Source: Octopus bimaculoides
Taxonomy: Eukaryota
DNA: 64,000 nucleotides
Direction of reading: 5' to 3'
NCBI RefSeq assembly: GCF_001194135.2
Contig: NC_068992.1
Location: forward strand, 14,581,853-14,645,852
Below the pieces are notes generated by a model. The model was not told the origin of the DNA. It saw only the letters and a list, made by a program, of their open reading frames with translations, and ran no database searches. Shown in pieces: positions 36,375-47,190 of this stretch. The first letter of the stretch is position 1. Each line of letters starts with the position of its first letter. The translations under genes were made by a program, and so were the position numbers.

Positions 36375-37272
36375 TTGTCTTTAACTTGTTGCAGTCATTG
36401 AACTGTGGCCATGCTAGGGCAATTCCTTAAAACGTTTTTCTGACACTTAACTCTGGTACTTAATCTGCTTTTTCATTTTTTTCGAATTCTTTTGCTGAAC
36501 CACTAAGCTACAGGGCCATAAACAAACCAACACTGGTCATCAAGTGATGTGTTGATGTGCAAACACATACATACACACGCACATAAATGCACACACACAT
36601 GCGCCCATATGGTAGGTTTCCTCACAGTTTCCATCTACCAATTTCACTCACAAGCCATTGACCAGATCAGGGTGAGAGTAGAAGACACCCAAGGTGCTGT
36701 ACAGTAGAACTGAACCCAAAATAACACGGTTGCAAAGCGAGCTTCTTAACCACCCAGCTGCTAAATGGCCGAGTATTCCAAAGACATGTAAACCTTTAAG
36801 GCAATTCCCAAGCCAACTTTGTGTGATAGAGTATATGACAAGGCTATACCTGTTCAATTACAAGTAAAAAAGAATAGTTTAATTCTTTTATTTGTTTCAA
36901 TCATTTGATTGTGGCCATGCTGGAGCACCGCCTTTAGTTGAACAAGTCGACCCTAGAACTTATTCTTTGTAAGCCTAGTACTTATTTTATCGAACACTTT
37001 TGCTAAACTGCTAAGTTATGGGGGACATAAACACACCAGCATTGGTTGTCAAGTGATGGTGGTGGTGGGACAAGCACAGGCATACAAGCACACACACGTA
37101 TATATATACGATGGGCTTCTTTCAGTTTCCGTCTACCAAATCCACTCACAAAGTTTTGGTTGGCCTGAGGCTACAGTAGAAGACACTTACCCAAGGTGCC
37201 ACACAGTGGAACTGAACCCAGAACCATATGGTTGGTAAGCAAGCTACTTACCACACAGCCACTCCTGCACCT
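36375..37272 (-). mobile_element. Two SINE B copies (36375-36765 and 36883-37272); CORE-type tRNA SINE with an internal (CA/TA) microsatellite
   Basis: Minus head TGGCTGTGTGGTAAGTAGC...GTTCAGTTCCAC...GCACCTTGGGTAAGTGTCTTCTAC and tail GGTGCTCCAGCATGGCCACA...GAAACAAATAAAAGA. Confidence 0.85.
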
Positions 37273-37706
37273 AATTAATAACAAATTAAATCTTAGGGTT
37301 TCACGTTTTCATAGAATCATCCATTCTTTTACTAATAAATATTTTTAATGGCATTACTTAATCAGCTAGTCCCTGTTTTCTCTCATATGACAGCATCCAT
37401 ACCCTCTCTTCACTTCATACCTGGGCCTGTGGAATAATATTACCATTGTGATTATATAGTGATATCTCCTGACCTCCTGGCCCCAACAGACCTACTGTTT
37501 AGTTAATTATATTTTGATTAGTCTAATATACCTTTACAACTTTAGTATGTTTTGGGCAATTGATACTTCAACCTGTCTATTATGTAGCACATCACCTGAC
37601 CCTCTTGGCATATTACCATACCTTTATATATTATTTTATTACTTCTAATTACATTTATCTTGTTAGTGATTTATTATACTTAGAGTTTACTAACTACACC
37701 TGTATT

Positions 37707-38084
37707 GTTGTTGGCACTCCGTCGCTTACGACGTCGAAGGTTCCTGTTGATTCGATCAACGGAACAGCCTGCTCATGAAATTAATGTGCAACTGGCTGAG
37801 CACTCCACAGACACTTGTACTCTTAACGTAGTTCTCGGGGATATTCAGCGTGACACAGTGTGACAAGGCTGACCCTTTGAATTACAGGCACAACAGAAAC
37901 GGGAAGTAAGAGTGAGAGAAAGTTGTGGTGAAGGAGTACAGCAGGGTTCGCCACCATCCCCTGCCGGAGCCTCGTGGAGCTTTAGGTGTTTTCGCTCAAT
38001 AGACACAACGCCTGGTCTGGGAATCGAAACTGCGATCCTATGACCACGAGTCCGCTGCCCTAACCACTGGGCCATTGCGCCTCC
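37707..38084 (-). mobile_element. SINE family A, full length, 11-bp TSD
   Basis: TSD ACACCTGTATT at 37696-37706 and 38085-38095. It is the reverse complement of the 2938-3328 family. Confidence 0.92.
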
Positions 38085-38304
38085 ACACCTGTATTAACTT
38101 AGCCAGAAATACAATCAAATGCTTGTTTGCTCTTATCTGTTATGAGTTGACTGATAAGGATTTGGTTTATCTTCTCTTTGCTTTATATACTGTGAAACTT
38201 TATAATCTCTCTTGAAATATTAAATCTTTAATGTTACTTTAGTATGATAATATTACTATTTATTTTGTTTGTCACCCCTTACTAAAATTAATGTCTACAT
38301 TTTG

Positions 38305-38960
38305 TTGCTGTGCGATAAGAAGCTTGCTTCTTACATGGTTCCGGATTCAGTCCCACTGCGTGGCACCTTGGGCAAGTGTCTTCTACCATAGCCTCGGGCC
38401 AACCAAAACCTTGCGAGTGGATTTGGTAGACAGAAGCTGAAAGAAGCTCATCGTGTATATGTGTGTGTGTATATTTGTGTATGTCATCATCATCATCGTC
38501 GTCGTTTAATGTCCGCTTTCCATGCTAGCATGGGTTGGACGATTTGACTGAGGACTGGTGGACCAGGAGGCGACACCAGGCTCCAACCTGATTTGGCAGA
38601 GTTTCTACAGCTGGATGCCCTTCCTAACGCCAAGCACTCCGAGAGTGTGGTGGGTGCTTTTACGTGCCACCGGCACGAAGGCCAGTCAGGTGGTACTGGC
38701 GACGGCCACACTCAAAATGGTGTATATATTTGTGTGTGTGTGTGTGTGTGTGTGTTTGTCCCTACCCCACCATTGCTTGAAAACCACTGCTGGTTTATTT
38801 AGGTCCTTGTAACTTAGCAATTCAGCTAAGGAAACTGATAGAATAAATGCTAGGCTTACAAAGAATAAGTCTTGGGATCGATTTCTTCGACTAAAACCGT
38901 TCAAGGCAGTGCTGCCGCATGGCCGCAGTCAAATGACTGAAACAAGTAGAAGAATGAAAG
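38305..38960 (+). mobile_element. SINE B with an RTE 3' end (-, 38485-38722) nested in its internal microsatellite
   Basis: SINE B halves flank the insert. Probable TSD TATATTTGTGT(A/G)TGT at 38470-38484 and 38725-38739. Confidence 0.85.
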
Positions 38961-39234
38961 ACTAAAAGAATTTATAATCATATTTTTTAAATACATTCTT
39001 TTCTATGTAGTTTCCTGTAGTTTCCTTTCTATATAATAAGTAATTAATTTTTTCCTCTTTTATTCATCCTGTATTTTACTTAATCTAAGGGATTTGTGTA
39101 TTAGATTGTCCTACCATTCTCTGATTATTTTATCATCATTATTCTTACACTACAAATATATATGTTACCTGCTGCCATATTGTATCCTGTTAGGTTGCAT
39201 TTCTTTTATCTCACTTCTGGCTACCATTTCTCTT

Positions 39235-39460
39235 TACTCTTTTATTTGTTTCAGTCATTTGACTGCGGCCATGCTGGAGCACCGCCTTTAGTTGAACAAA
39301 TCGACTCCAGGACTTATTCTTTGTAAGCCTAGTACTTATTCTATCGGTCTCTTTCGACGAACCGCTAAGTTATGGGGACATAAACACACCAGCATTGGTT
39401 GTCAAGCGATGGTGGTGGTGGGACAAACACAGACACACAAACATATGCACACACATGCAC
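39235..39460 (-). mobile_element. SINE B 3' half
   Basis: TTTCAGTCATTTGACTGCGGCCATGCTGGAGCACCGCC...GGGACAAACACAGAC. Confidence 0.85.
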
Positions 39461-40093
39461 ATATATATATATATATATACATATACAGTACACATATATA
39501 TATATATCTATATATAAATGAATACATGTGTATGTATATAANNNNNNNNNNNNNNNNNNNNNNNNNNNNNNNNNNNNNNNNNNNNNNNNNNNNNNNNNNN
39601 NNNNNNNNNNNNNNNNNNNNNNNNNNNNNNNNNNNNNNNNNNNNNNNNNNNNNNNNNNNNNNNNNNNNNNNNNNNNNNNNNNNNNNNNNNNNNNNNNNNN
39701 NNNNNNNNNNNNNNNNNNNNNNNNNNNNNNNNNNNNNNNNNNNNNNNNNNNNNNNNNNNNNNNNNNNNNNNNNNNNNNNNNNNNNNNNNNNNNNNNNNNN
39801 NNNNNNNNNNNNNNNNNNNNNNNNNNNNNNNNNNNNNNNNNNNNNNNNNNNNNNNNNNNNNNNNNNNNNNNNNNNNNNNNNNNNNNNNNNNNNNNNNNNN
39901 NNNNNNNNNNNNNNNNNNNNNNNNNNNNNNNNNNNNNNNNNNNNNNNNNNNNNNNNNNNNNNNNNNNNNNNNNNNNNNNNNNNNNNNNNNNNNNNNNNNN
40001 NNNNNNNNNNNNNNNNNNNNNNNNNNNNNNNNNNNNNNNNNNNNNNNNNNNNNNNNNNNNNNNNNNNNNNNNNNNNNNNNNNNNNNNNNNNNN

Positions 40094-40130
<37 letters not shown>

Positions 40131-40689
40131 CAGTACACACATATATATATATATCTATATATAAATGAATACATGTGTATGTATATAACCAAATGTTTTA
40201 GAGAAAAAAAAATATTAATAAAAATAACAAGACAAAAATATGTATGTAGATATAATCCCTCTCTTAACTATTATTCCTTTGCTTTCGTATAATGGTATTA
40301 CGGTATGCTATTGATTGTATACTTCCTCATCTTTTAACAAGATGAATATCATCCTCATTTCCAACTTTCCACCTTTTCCACTTTATAACAGAATTCTTGT
40401 ATTTCTGTCTCCATCAAACATACGCTGAGTAATAAAGCTGGCCATGAATGGATCTTCGATAGATAAATTTATAAATCAATGTAAATCTTATCTTTCACCT
40501 TTAATCCTATATCTCTAGTTGAATTCTATCGTGAGATAAAAGCAACTATCTTTTTCTTAATTGTGGAGAGGAGACAGTTTGGCTGTCTGTCCCAACTATG
40601 CCGACTACCCCCGCCCCCTCAAGATTATAAATCTTGAATACTCTTTTCCTACATATGTTGTTGTGATGTCTCCTCCTACAAAACTCCTT

Positions 40690-40933
40690 CTTAAATTTCA
40701 TTTCTTTATTGCCCACAAGGGGCTAAGCATAGAGGGGACAAGCAAGGACAGACAAACAGATTAAGACGATTACATCGACTCCAGTGTGTAACTGGTACTT
40801 AATTTATTGACCTCCGAAAGGATGAAAGGCAAAGTCGACCTGGGCGGAATTTGAACTCAGAACGTAGCTGCAGACGAAATACCACTGAGCATTTTGCCGG
40901 CATGCTAACGTTTCTGCCAGCTTTCTGCCTTAA
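40690..40933 (-). mobile_element. SINE family C, full length
   Basis: Minus: AAGGCAGAAAGCTGGCAGAAACGTTAGC...GAGTTCAAATTCCGCC...GTCGACTTTGCCTTTCATCCTTTCGG...AAATTAAGTACCAGTT. The central part resembles the Meta domain, from memory. Confidence 0.85.
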
Positions 40934-41175
40934 CCTCCTTTAAATTGTTTTGATTTAGCAAACACATTCTGTGACAGCAACGATTATGGAATCACAAAAT
41001 ATGCACTTGCCGTGGATTTTAAATGTTTTCCTAAATGTTTTTTAAATGTCCTTAATTGTATGGTTTGTGTATTCATCTGACGAAAACAGGTTTTTTTTAT
41101 AATGATGTAATGTACTCATTAACCAATTAAAAAATTTGTTGCAAATGGTTGGAAATTGACACCTATCCATCTTTA

Positions 41176-41639
41176 CAGCAATCACTCGACTATCATATAT
41201 GAGTTACATTCCAAAACCCCCCTGCTATAGGTGAAAATTCATGAAGTAGAAACAGTACTGTACTGTATATTTTTTTTTATTATTCTTATAATTTATATAT
41301 ATATATATTTTATTATAAATGCAAGATGACACCACACACTCACCTCAGTATGTCGGTTTCTTTGTTTACTCATCTACAGTACACTACGTATTTTCTTTTA
41401 ATATATTTTAATTAATGTGTTATACAGTGCAGTTCTGTACTGTATTTTTATTTATCAATTTATTAATTTTTCGGAGTGAAGATACTTATTTTACCACGGA
41501 AATAGTTACAATCTAAAAATACATAAATACCTGTGATATACTGAGGAGTTCACAATATAAATTTACGTACATTAGCCAGAAAAATCTGTGTTATACCAAG
41601 GGTGCAATAGGTGAATCACGATATGATGAATGATTACTG
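41176..41639. mobile_element. Tigger/pogo-type MITE with TA target duplication
   Basis: TA|CAGCAATCACTCG ... TGAATGATTACTG|TA imperfect TIRs, with an AT-rich interior. Confidence 0.7.
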
Positions 41640-41653
41640 TATTTATATATTTA

Positions 41654-41684
<31 letters not shown>

Positions 41685-41962
41685 ATACATATATGCATAT
41701 GTACTGAGGGTACTATTCAGCACCAGTTTTGTTAGAAGCAAGAGTCAAAACAGCTCAGAGCCGCAAAAAAGCACTGTCCTATTTACTGACAAGGGAGGCA
41801 AGTGATGTATATATTTCTGCCTTTTGGCTGAAAAATTGCTAGCAAGCCAACAGTTATTATTTATAATTTACATCTTTACCGTTTATGAAATCAGTGCATG
41901 ATTTCTATGGTGACCTTATAAGCTGACAAGGCAAGTTGAGTTTAACCCAAGGCACCGGAGAG

Positions 41963-42011
41963 AGCCACTGATGAGGATTAATGTAAATGCGAAACCACAG
42001 GTGATCTGGCT
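41963..42011 (+). ncRNA. Compact hammerhead ribozyme-like motif
   Basis: AGCCA-CTGATGA-GGATT.AATGTA.AATGC-GAAAC-CACAGGTG-ATC-TGGCT. Stem I is a perfect 5 bp, with one mismatch each in stems II and III. Confidence 0.6.
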
Positions 42012-42150
42012 ATGCTCTGTGCTCAGAGAATTTGCCTCCCTTGTCAGTAAATCAGTTAATGTGACTATGAGTTGTCCTGGCTCTTATCCCTAGCAATGCT
42101 GGTGCTGAATAGGGACCCCAGTTGCTTTAGTGACATGCACGCACGCATGC

Positions 42151-42182
<32 letters not shown>

Positions 42183-42544
42183 ACAGGGCTTCTTTCAGTT
42201 TCCGTCTGTCAAATCCACTCAAGGATTTGGTCGGCTCAACGTGCCATGCAGTAGAGCTGAACCCGGAACCATGTGGTTGGTAAGCAAGCTTTTTACCACA
42301 TAGCCACTCCTGTACCCTCTACCAAATCCACTCATATCTACCAAAGAATTTGATAATATATATGTATAAGAATTGAATAATATATATATAAATACATGCA
42401 TGTATGTGTGTACATATATACACATATATATACCACGGTGGTGCTCCAGCATGACTGCAGCTGCATGGCTGAAATGAATATAACAATATTTGTGTATATA
42501 TATGTATGTATGTATGTGTGTTTGTGTGTGTGTTTGTTTATATA

Positions 42545-42605
<61 letters not shown>

Positions 42606-42609
<4 letters not shown>

Positions 42610-42728
42610 TCATCGTTTAACGTCCGCCTTCCATGCTAGCATGGGTTGGACGATTTGACCTAGGATTGGTGAACCAATATAACCCATGCTAGCATGGAAA
42701 GCGGATGTTAAACGATGATGATGATGAT
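42606..42728. mobile_element. Two RTE 3' termini fused head-to-head (palindrome)
   Basis: CATCATCGTTTAACGTCCGCCTTCCATGCTAGCATGGGTT, a 33-bp spacer, then AACCCATGCTAGCATGGAAAGCGGATGTTAAACGATGATG. Confidence 0.85.
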
Positions 42729-42882
42729 GTATGTATGTATGTATGTATATTTGTGTGTATGTATATATTAATACACACACACACACACACTTACACACTC
42801 TTGCAATACTTATGTTCTACATAAACAGGATGTCCGTCAAAATATTTTCAGTTTATTTACTTTATACTTAAATTATTTTCTC

Positions 42883-42932
<50 letters not shown>

Positions 42933-43245
42933 GTGAAGCTATATGCATATATATAAATCTATATGTGTGTGTATAAATAGGTATGTGTTTGTGTGTAAGG
43001 AAGGCCTTCTGTTTGTACTTGTTTATTCATATTTATATGTGTATGAATAATTGGATGTGTCCCTCTGTATGTATGTGTATTTGTGTTTCTGTTTGTGTGT
43101 GTGAGTGTGTGTTTTACTATTTGTCTATTTTTATTGTGTGTGATTATGTACGAATATGAGTTCTTACTATTACGTATATGTTTTTGTGATATTTTTGTTC
43201 ATGCTAATGTGCTGGTCTGTGTGTGTGTGTGTGTGATGTGTGATG

Positions 43246-43276
<31 letters not shown>

Positions 43277-43580
43277 TGTGGTGCGTGCGTGCGTGCGTGC
43301 GTGCGCGCGCGCGTATTATATATGTACTCAAATATTTCACTTTGAATTAAAGACGAATATAAAAAGTGGAGAGAAAATATTTCAAAAAGCTTTAAAAAAA
43401 ATAGCAGCATACAGGCATGGCTGTGTGGTTAAGTTTGTTTTGCAGCCACTCCACATGGTTTCAGGTTCAGTCCCATCATGCAGCATTATGCACAAGTGTC
43501 TTCTACTGTAATTGTAGGTTGACCAATGTCTTGTGTGAGAATTGGGTTCATGGAAACTGTATGGAAACATGTTGCATATA

Positions 43581-44251
43581 TATGAGGGGATAGTGCAAAG
43601 TTCCTGGCTTTGAGTAAAAGAAAATATGGGAGAATCAGTTAATTATGATTTTATCCAACATATTCCCTTCTCAGATTCACACACCTATTGCAGTGGTCCT
43701 TCAGTTTTCCTAAACCCTGTAAAAGAACTTGGAAGGTTGGTTCTCCAACCAGGCCTTTCGCGATACCCTTAAAGACAGGAACTTTCCAGCATCTCTTTGT
43801 GTGTGTGTATATATATATAGATATATATATATACACATACACACACACATATGAGGGGGTGTTGAAAAGTTCCTGGTTTTGGGTAAAAAAAAATAGGGGA
43901 GGGTCAGTTAATTATGATTTTATTGAACATATTCCCTTTTCAGATTCACACACGTGCTGCAGTGGTCCTTCAAGTTTTGTTAAGCCCTGTAAAAGATCCT
44001 GGAAAGTTGGGCCTCCAAGCAAACCTTTTATGATACCCTTAAAGCCAAGAACTTTTTAGCACCCCTTGTATATGAAAAAGAACCCAGAAGGTTGAGCCTC
44101 CAACCAGGCCTTTCCCAATACTCTTAAAACTAGACCTATCAGGAACTTTTCAGCACCCCCTGTATATGAAAAAGAACTTGGAAGGTTGGGCCTACAACCA
44201 GACTTTCCGCGATACCCTTAAAACCAGGAACTTTTTGGTACCCCTGCATAT
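43581..44251 (+). mobile_element. Tandem cluster of mariner-type MITEs: two full copies (43581-43800, 43850-44070) and two right-end repeats (44071-44164, 44165-44251)
   Basis: TIR TATGAGGGGGTGTTGAAAAGTTCCTGG / CCAAGAACTTTTTAGCACCCCTTGTA, with TA junctions. Confidence 0.8.
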
Positions 44252-45644
44252 AAATGTGTGTGTATCTCTGCTACCACCACCACCACCATCACTTGCCAAT
44301 TTGTGTTAGTTTTTTTACTATCCTATAGCTTACCATCTTTATAAAAGAGACCAATAATAAGTGTGTATAAGTTCCTGTTATCTCTGCCAACAACAGAATG
44401 CACACCAACATGAGATAATTTCCCCCATAGTATGAATCTATATCATTGGACATACCTCCTGCTAGTTTTATCAGTCATACACTTTCATGCTGGCTTAGGT
44501 CATGTTTTGAAGAGGGTATCAATTTGAGAGATTATCTTCTCCTAGATTAAGTTCTTTCACCGCAGCTAAGGAGCACAACCTATCCTTACTAAAATCTATT
44601 TAACCCATAGACAGGGCTCCGATAGGTACTACCATTCCAGGTCCAGACAAATCTTGGGTATTGGTAATTAAGTGGTGATTCCTTGCTCCCCAAAACTCCA
44701 GGGACTCCCAAACTGGAGCCTCACAACTGGATGCAGTTTAGCGTCATACCCAGGAATATTTTACCAGGCTTAAAAATAATCACACTGGTTGATTTGTTTG
44801 ATTAAAACTCAAGGCAGTGCCCCAGCATGGCCACCGTCCAATGACTGAAGCAAGTAAAAGGTAAACGGTAACATTTCGATCTATATTCGTGGATTATTTT
44901 TGTTCTTTATGGAATTTTGTTTCTTTATTTTGTCTGTATTTGGTTGGCTTGTTTTTGTTTTTTCTCTAATGTCTTTTTGTCCCAGTCTCATAGAAATACT
45001 GTCGTTGTCATCATCATCATCACCACCACCACCACCACCACTACCGCCACCACCACCACCTCCAGCATCATCATTATCATCACCATCATCTCCACCACAA
45101 CCACCACCACCACCACCGTCGTCGTTACCACCATCATTATTGTCATCATCACCACCATCATCATCATCACGACCATCATCATCATCACTTTTCCACTCTG
45201 CCTAAATATACTACTTCTACCTCAAATGCATGAGTTCATGATGGGGCCTTTATGACATTAGGTTGCGTGCTAGAAATAACAGCTAAATCTCTGGTGAATC
45301 ATGTCAAACTAACTTTAGAAAAAAGCTAAAAAATGAAGGGTGCATTGGAAAACATAGTCCTTGAAATATAGATGAAGTGGTCATGGGTGAAATACTTTTG
45401 ACCATATAAAGGAGCAGACCTTATATGGTCTGCTCCTTCAGAGCTCTCTCATGGCTAAACAGCAACTTTTTCCTTCACCTCCAACCACCCACAAACCAAT
45501 GATGGAGTCTTTACTATATCGATTGACTTGCTGAAAATAGCTCTTATATTCTGTTTTCAGTCATTGGACTGTGGCCATGATGGTGCATCACCTCGAAGAG
45601 TTTAGTTGAGTAATCAACCCCCAGATAACAGAATAGCTCCTAAC

Positions 45645-46140
45645 CATCATCATTATCATCATGATCACCATGTCATCCTCTTTGTGTGTTAGTCTTTCGT
45701 GCTGGCATGGGTTGGATGCTTTGACAGGATCCAACAGGGCTGAAGACTGCATCATGCTTCAGTATCTGCTTTGGTGTGGTTTTCCATAAGTGGAAGCCCT
45801 TGCTAATGCCAACCACTTTACTGAGTGTACTGAGTGGTTTTTTGTGGCACCAGTGAAGTCACCATGTAGCTTGCAAGATTGAGTAAGTCTACAAATAGAG
45901 GAAGACAGCATTGATGCTAGGTGATGAGAGGTTAAGGTATGAGAGAAGAGGATCAGAGTACAGCATCATCATTTCCAAGCTGGCATGGATTGGATGGTTT
46001 GATATGGAGCTGGCCAGCTAGGCATCTGTCCAGGCTCCAGTTGTCTGTTGTGGCATGGTTTTTACAGCTGGATGCCTTTCCTAATGCCAACCACTTTACA
46101 GTGTGTGCTGGGTACTTTCTATGTGCCACTGGCCTTAATT
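45645..46140 (-). mobile_element. Two decayed RTE-type 3' termini
   Basis: GCTGGCATGGGTTGGATG...ATGCCAACCACTTTAC occurs twice. Confidence 0.65.
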
Positions 46141-46364
46141 TTATGTAGTCACAAAAACACTCACTAATTTAATAGTGCTCCCATTATTTGCAGTGGTGAG
46201 TTGTTCATTTTACTTATCATATCTCTTTAACAGTCCTAGTTTCTTGTTGTTTTCTGTTCATTGCATAGACTGCATCCCACATCTTCAAATTTGTTGATTT
46301 GAGTCAAAATTAGAAATTTTCATTATAATTATAATCATAATTATCATTTTAATTATCATTAAGA

Positions 46365-46800
46365 TTTGGCTATTTCTGAGTTCAAATGCCACCAGGGTTG
46401 ACTTTGCTTTCATCCTTTCGGGGTTGATAAATTAAGTTCCAGTTATGCACTGGTGTCAATGTTATTCACTGCTCCTCCCCCTCAAAATTTCAGGCCTTGT
46501 GCCTATAACAGAAAGGATTATAATGTGTCTATTTACATTCTGAGTTCAAATGACTGTGAGTTCAACATTACCTTTTATGCTTCAGTACGATAAAATACCA
46601 ATCATATACTGGGGTTGATTTAATCAACTAATCTCACCCACCAAATTTTTGGCCTTATGTGTGTTAGAAGACACTAGCAGCACCTTGGGCAAGTGTCTTC
46701 TACTATAGCTCCTGGGCTGACCAAAGCCTTGTCAATGGATTTCATAGACAGAAACTGAAAGAAGCCCATCGTATATAGCTATATGTATATGTATGTATAT
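46365..46800 (+). mobile_element. Two SINE C fragments followed by a SINE B fragment
   Basis: Family motifs as above. Confidence 0.75.
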
Positions 46801-46859
46801 CTATATCTGTCTGTTTTAATATATATGTATAGTTGAAATTTATAGAAAAACAAAAGACG

Positions 46860-47005
46860 ACAGGTTTATGAACAACAAGCAAATATATTAGTTTGATGCT
46901 CAGGAAAAATGAAAAAGTCTTATGTTTCGAGCTTATGCTCTTCAACAGAAAGGAATAAGAGAAAATAAACAGAGAGAGAATGAAAAAAACTTGTAGATTT
47001 CAGTA
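46860..47005 (-). mobile_element. Penelope-like terminal remnant with a variant hammerhead-like motif (46917-46950)
   Basis: Minus: TTT-CTGTTGA-A-GAGC-ATAA-GCTC-GAAAC-ATA-AGAC. Stem II is perfect, but the core has A6U and stem III is mismatched. Confidence 0.35.
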
Positions 47006-47017
47006 GTCCAGCATGGC

Positions 47018-47047
<30 letters not shown>

Positions 47048-47051
<4 letters not shown>

Positions 47052-47190
47052 TCATCATCGTTTAATGGCCGCTTCCATGCTAGCATGGGTTGGACGGTTT
47101 GACTGAGGACTGGGGAACCAGATGGCTACACCAGGCTCCAATCTGATTTGGCAGAGTTTCTACAGCTGGATGCCCTTCCTAACGCCAAAC
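47048..47190 (-). mobile_element. RTE 3' terminus
   Basis: Same as 6655-6810. Confidence 0.85.
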
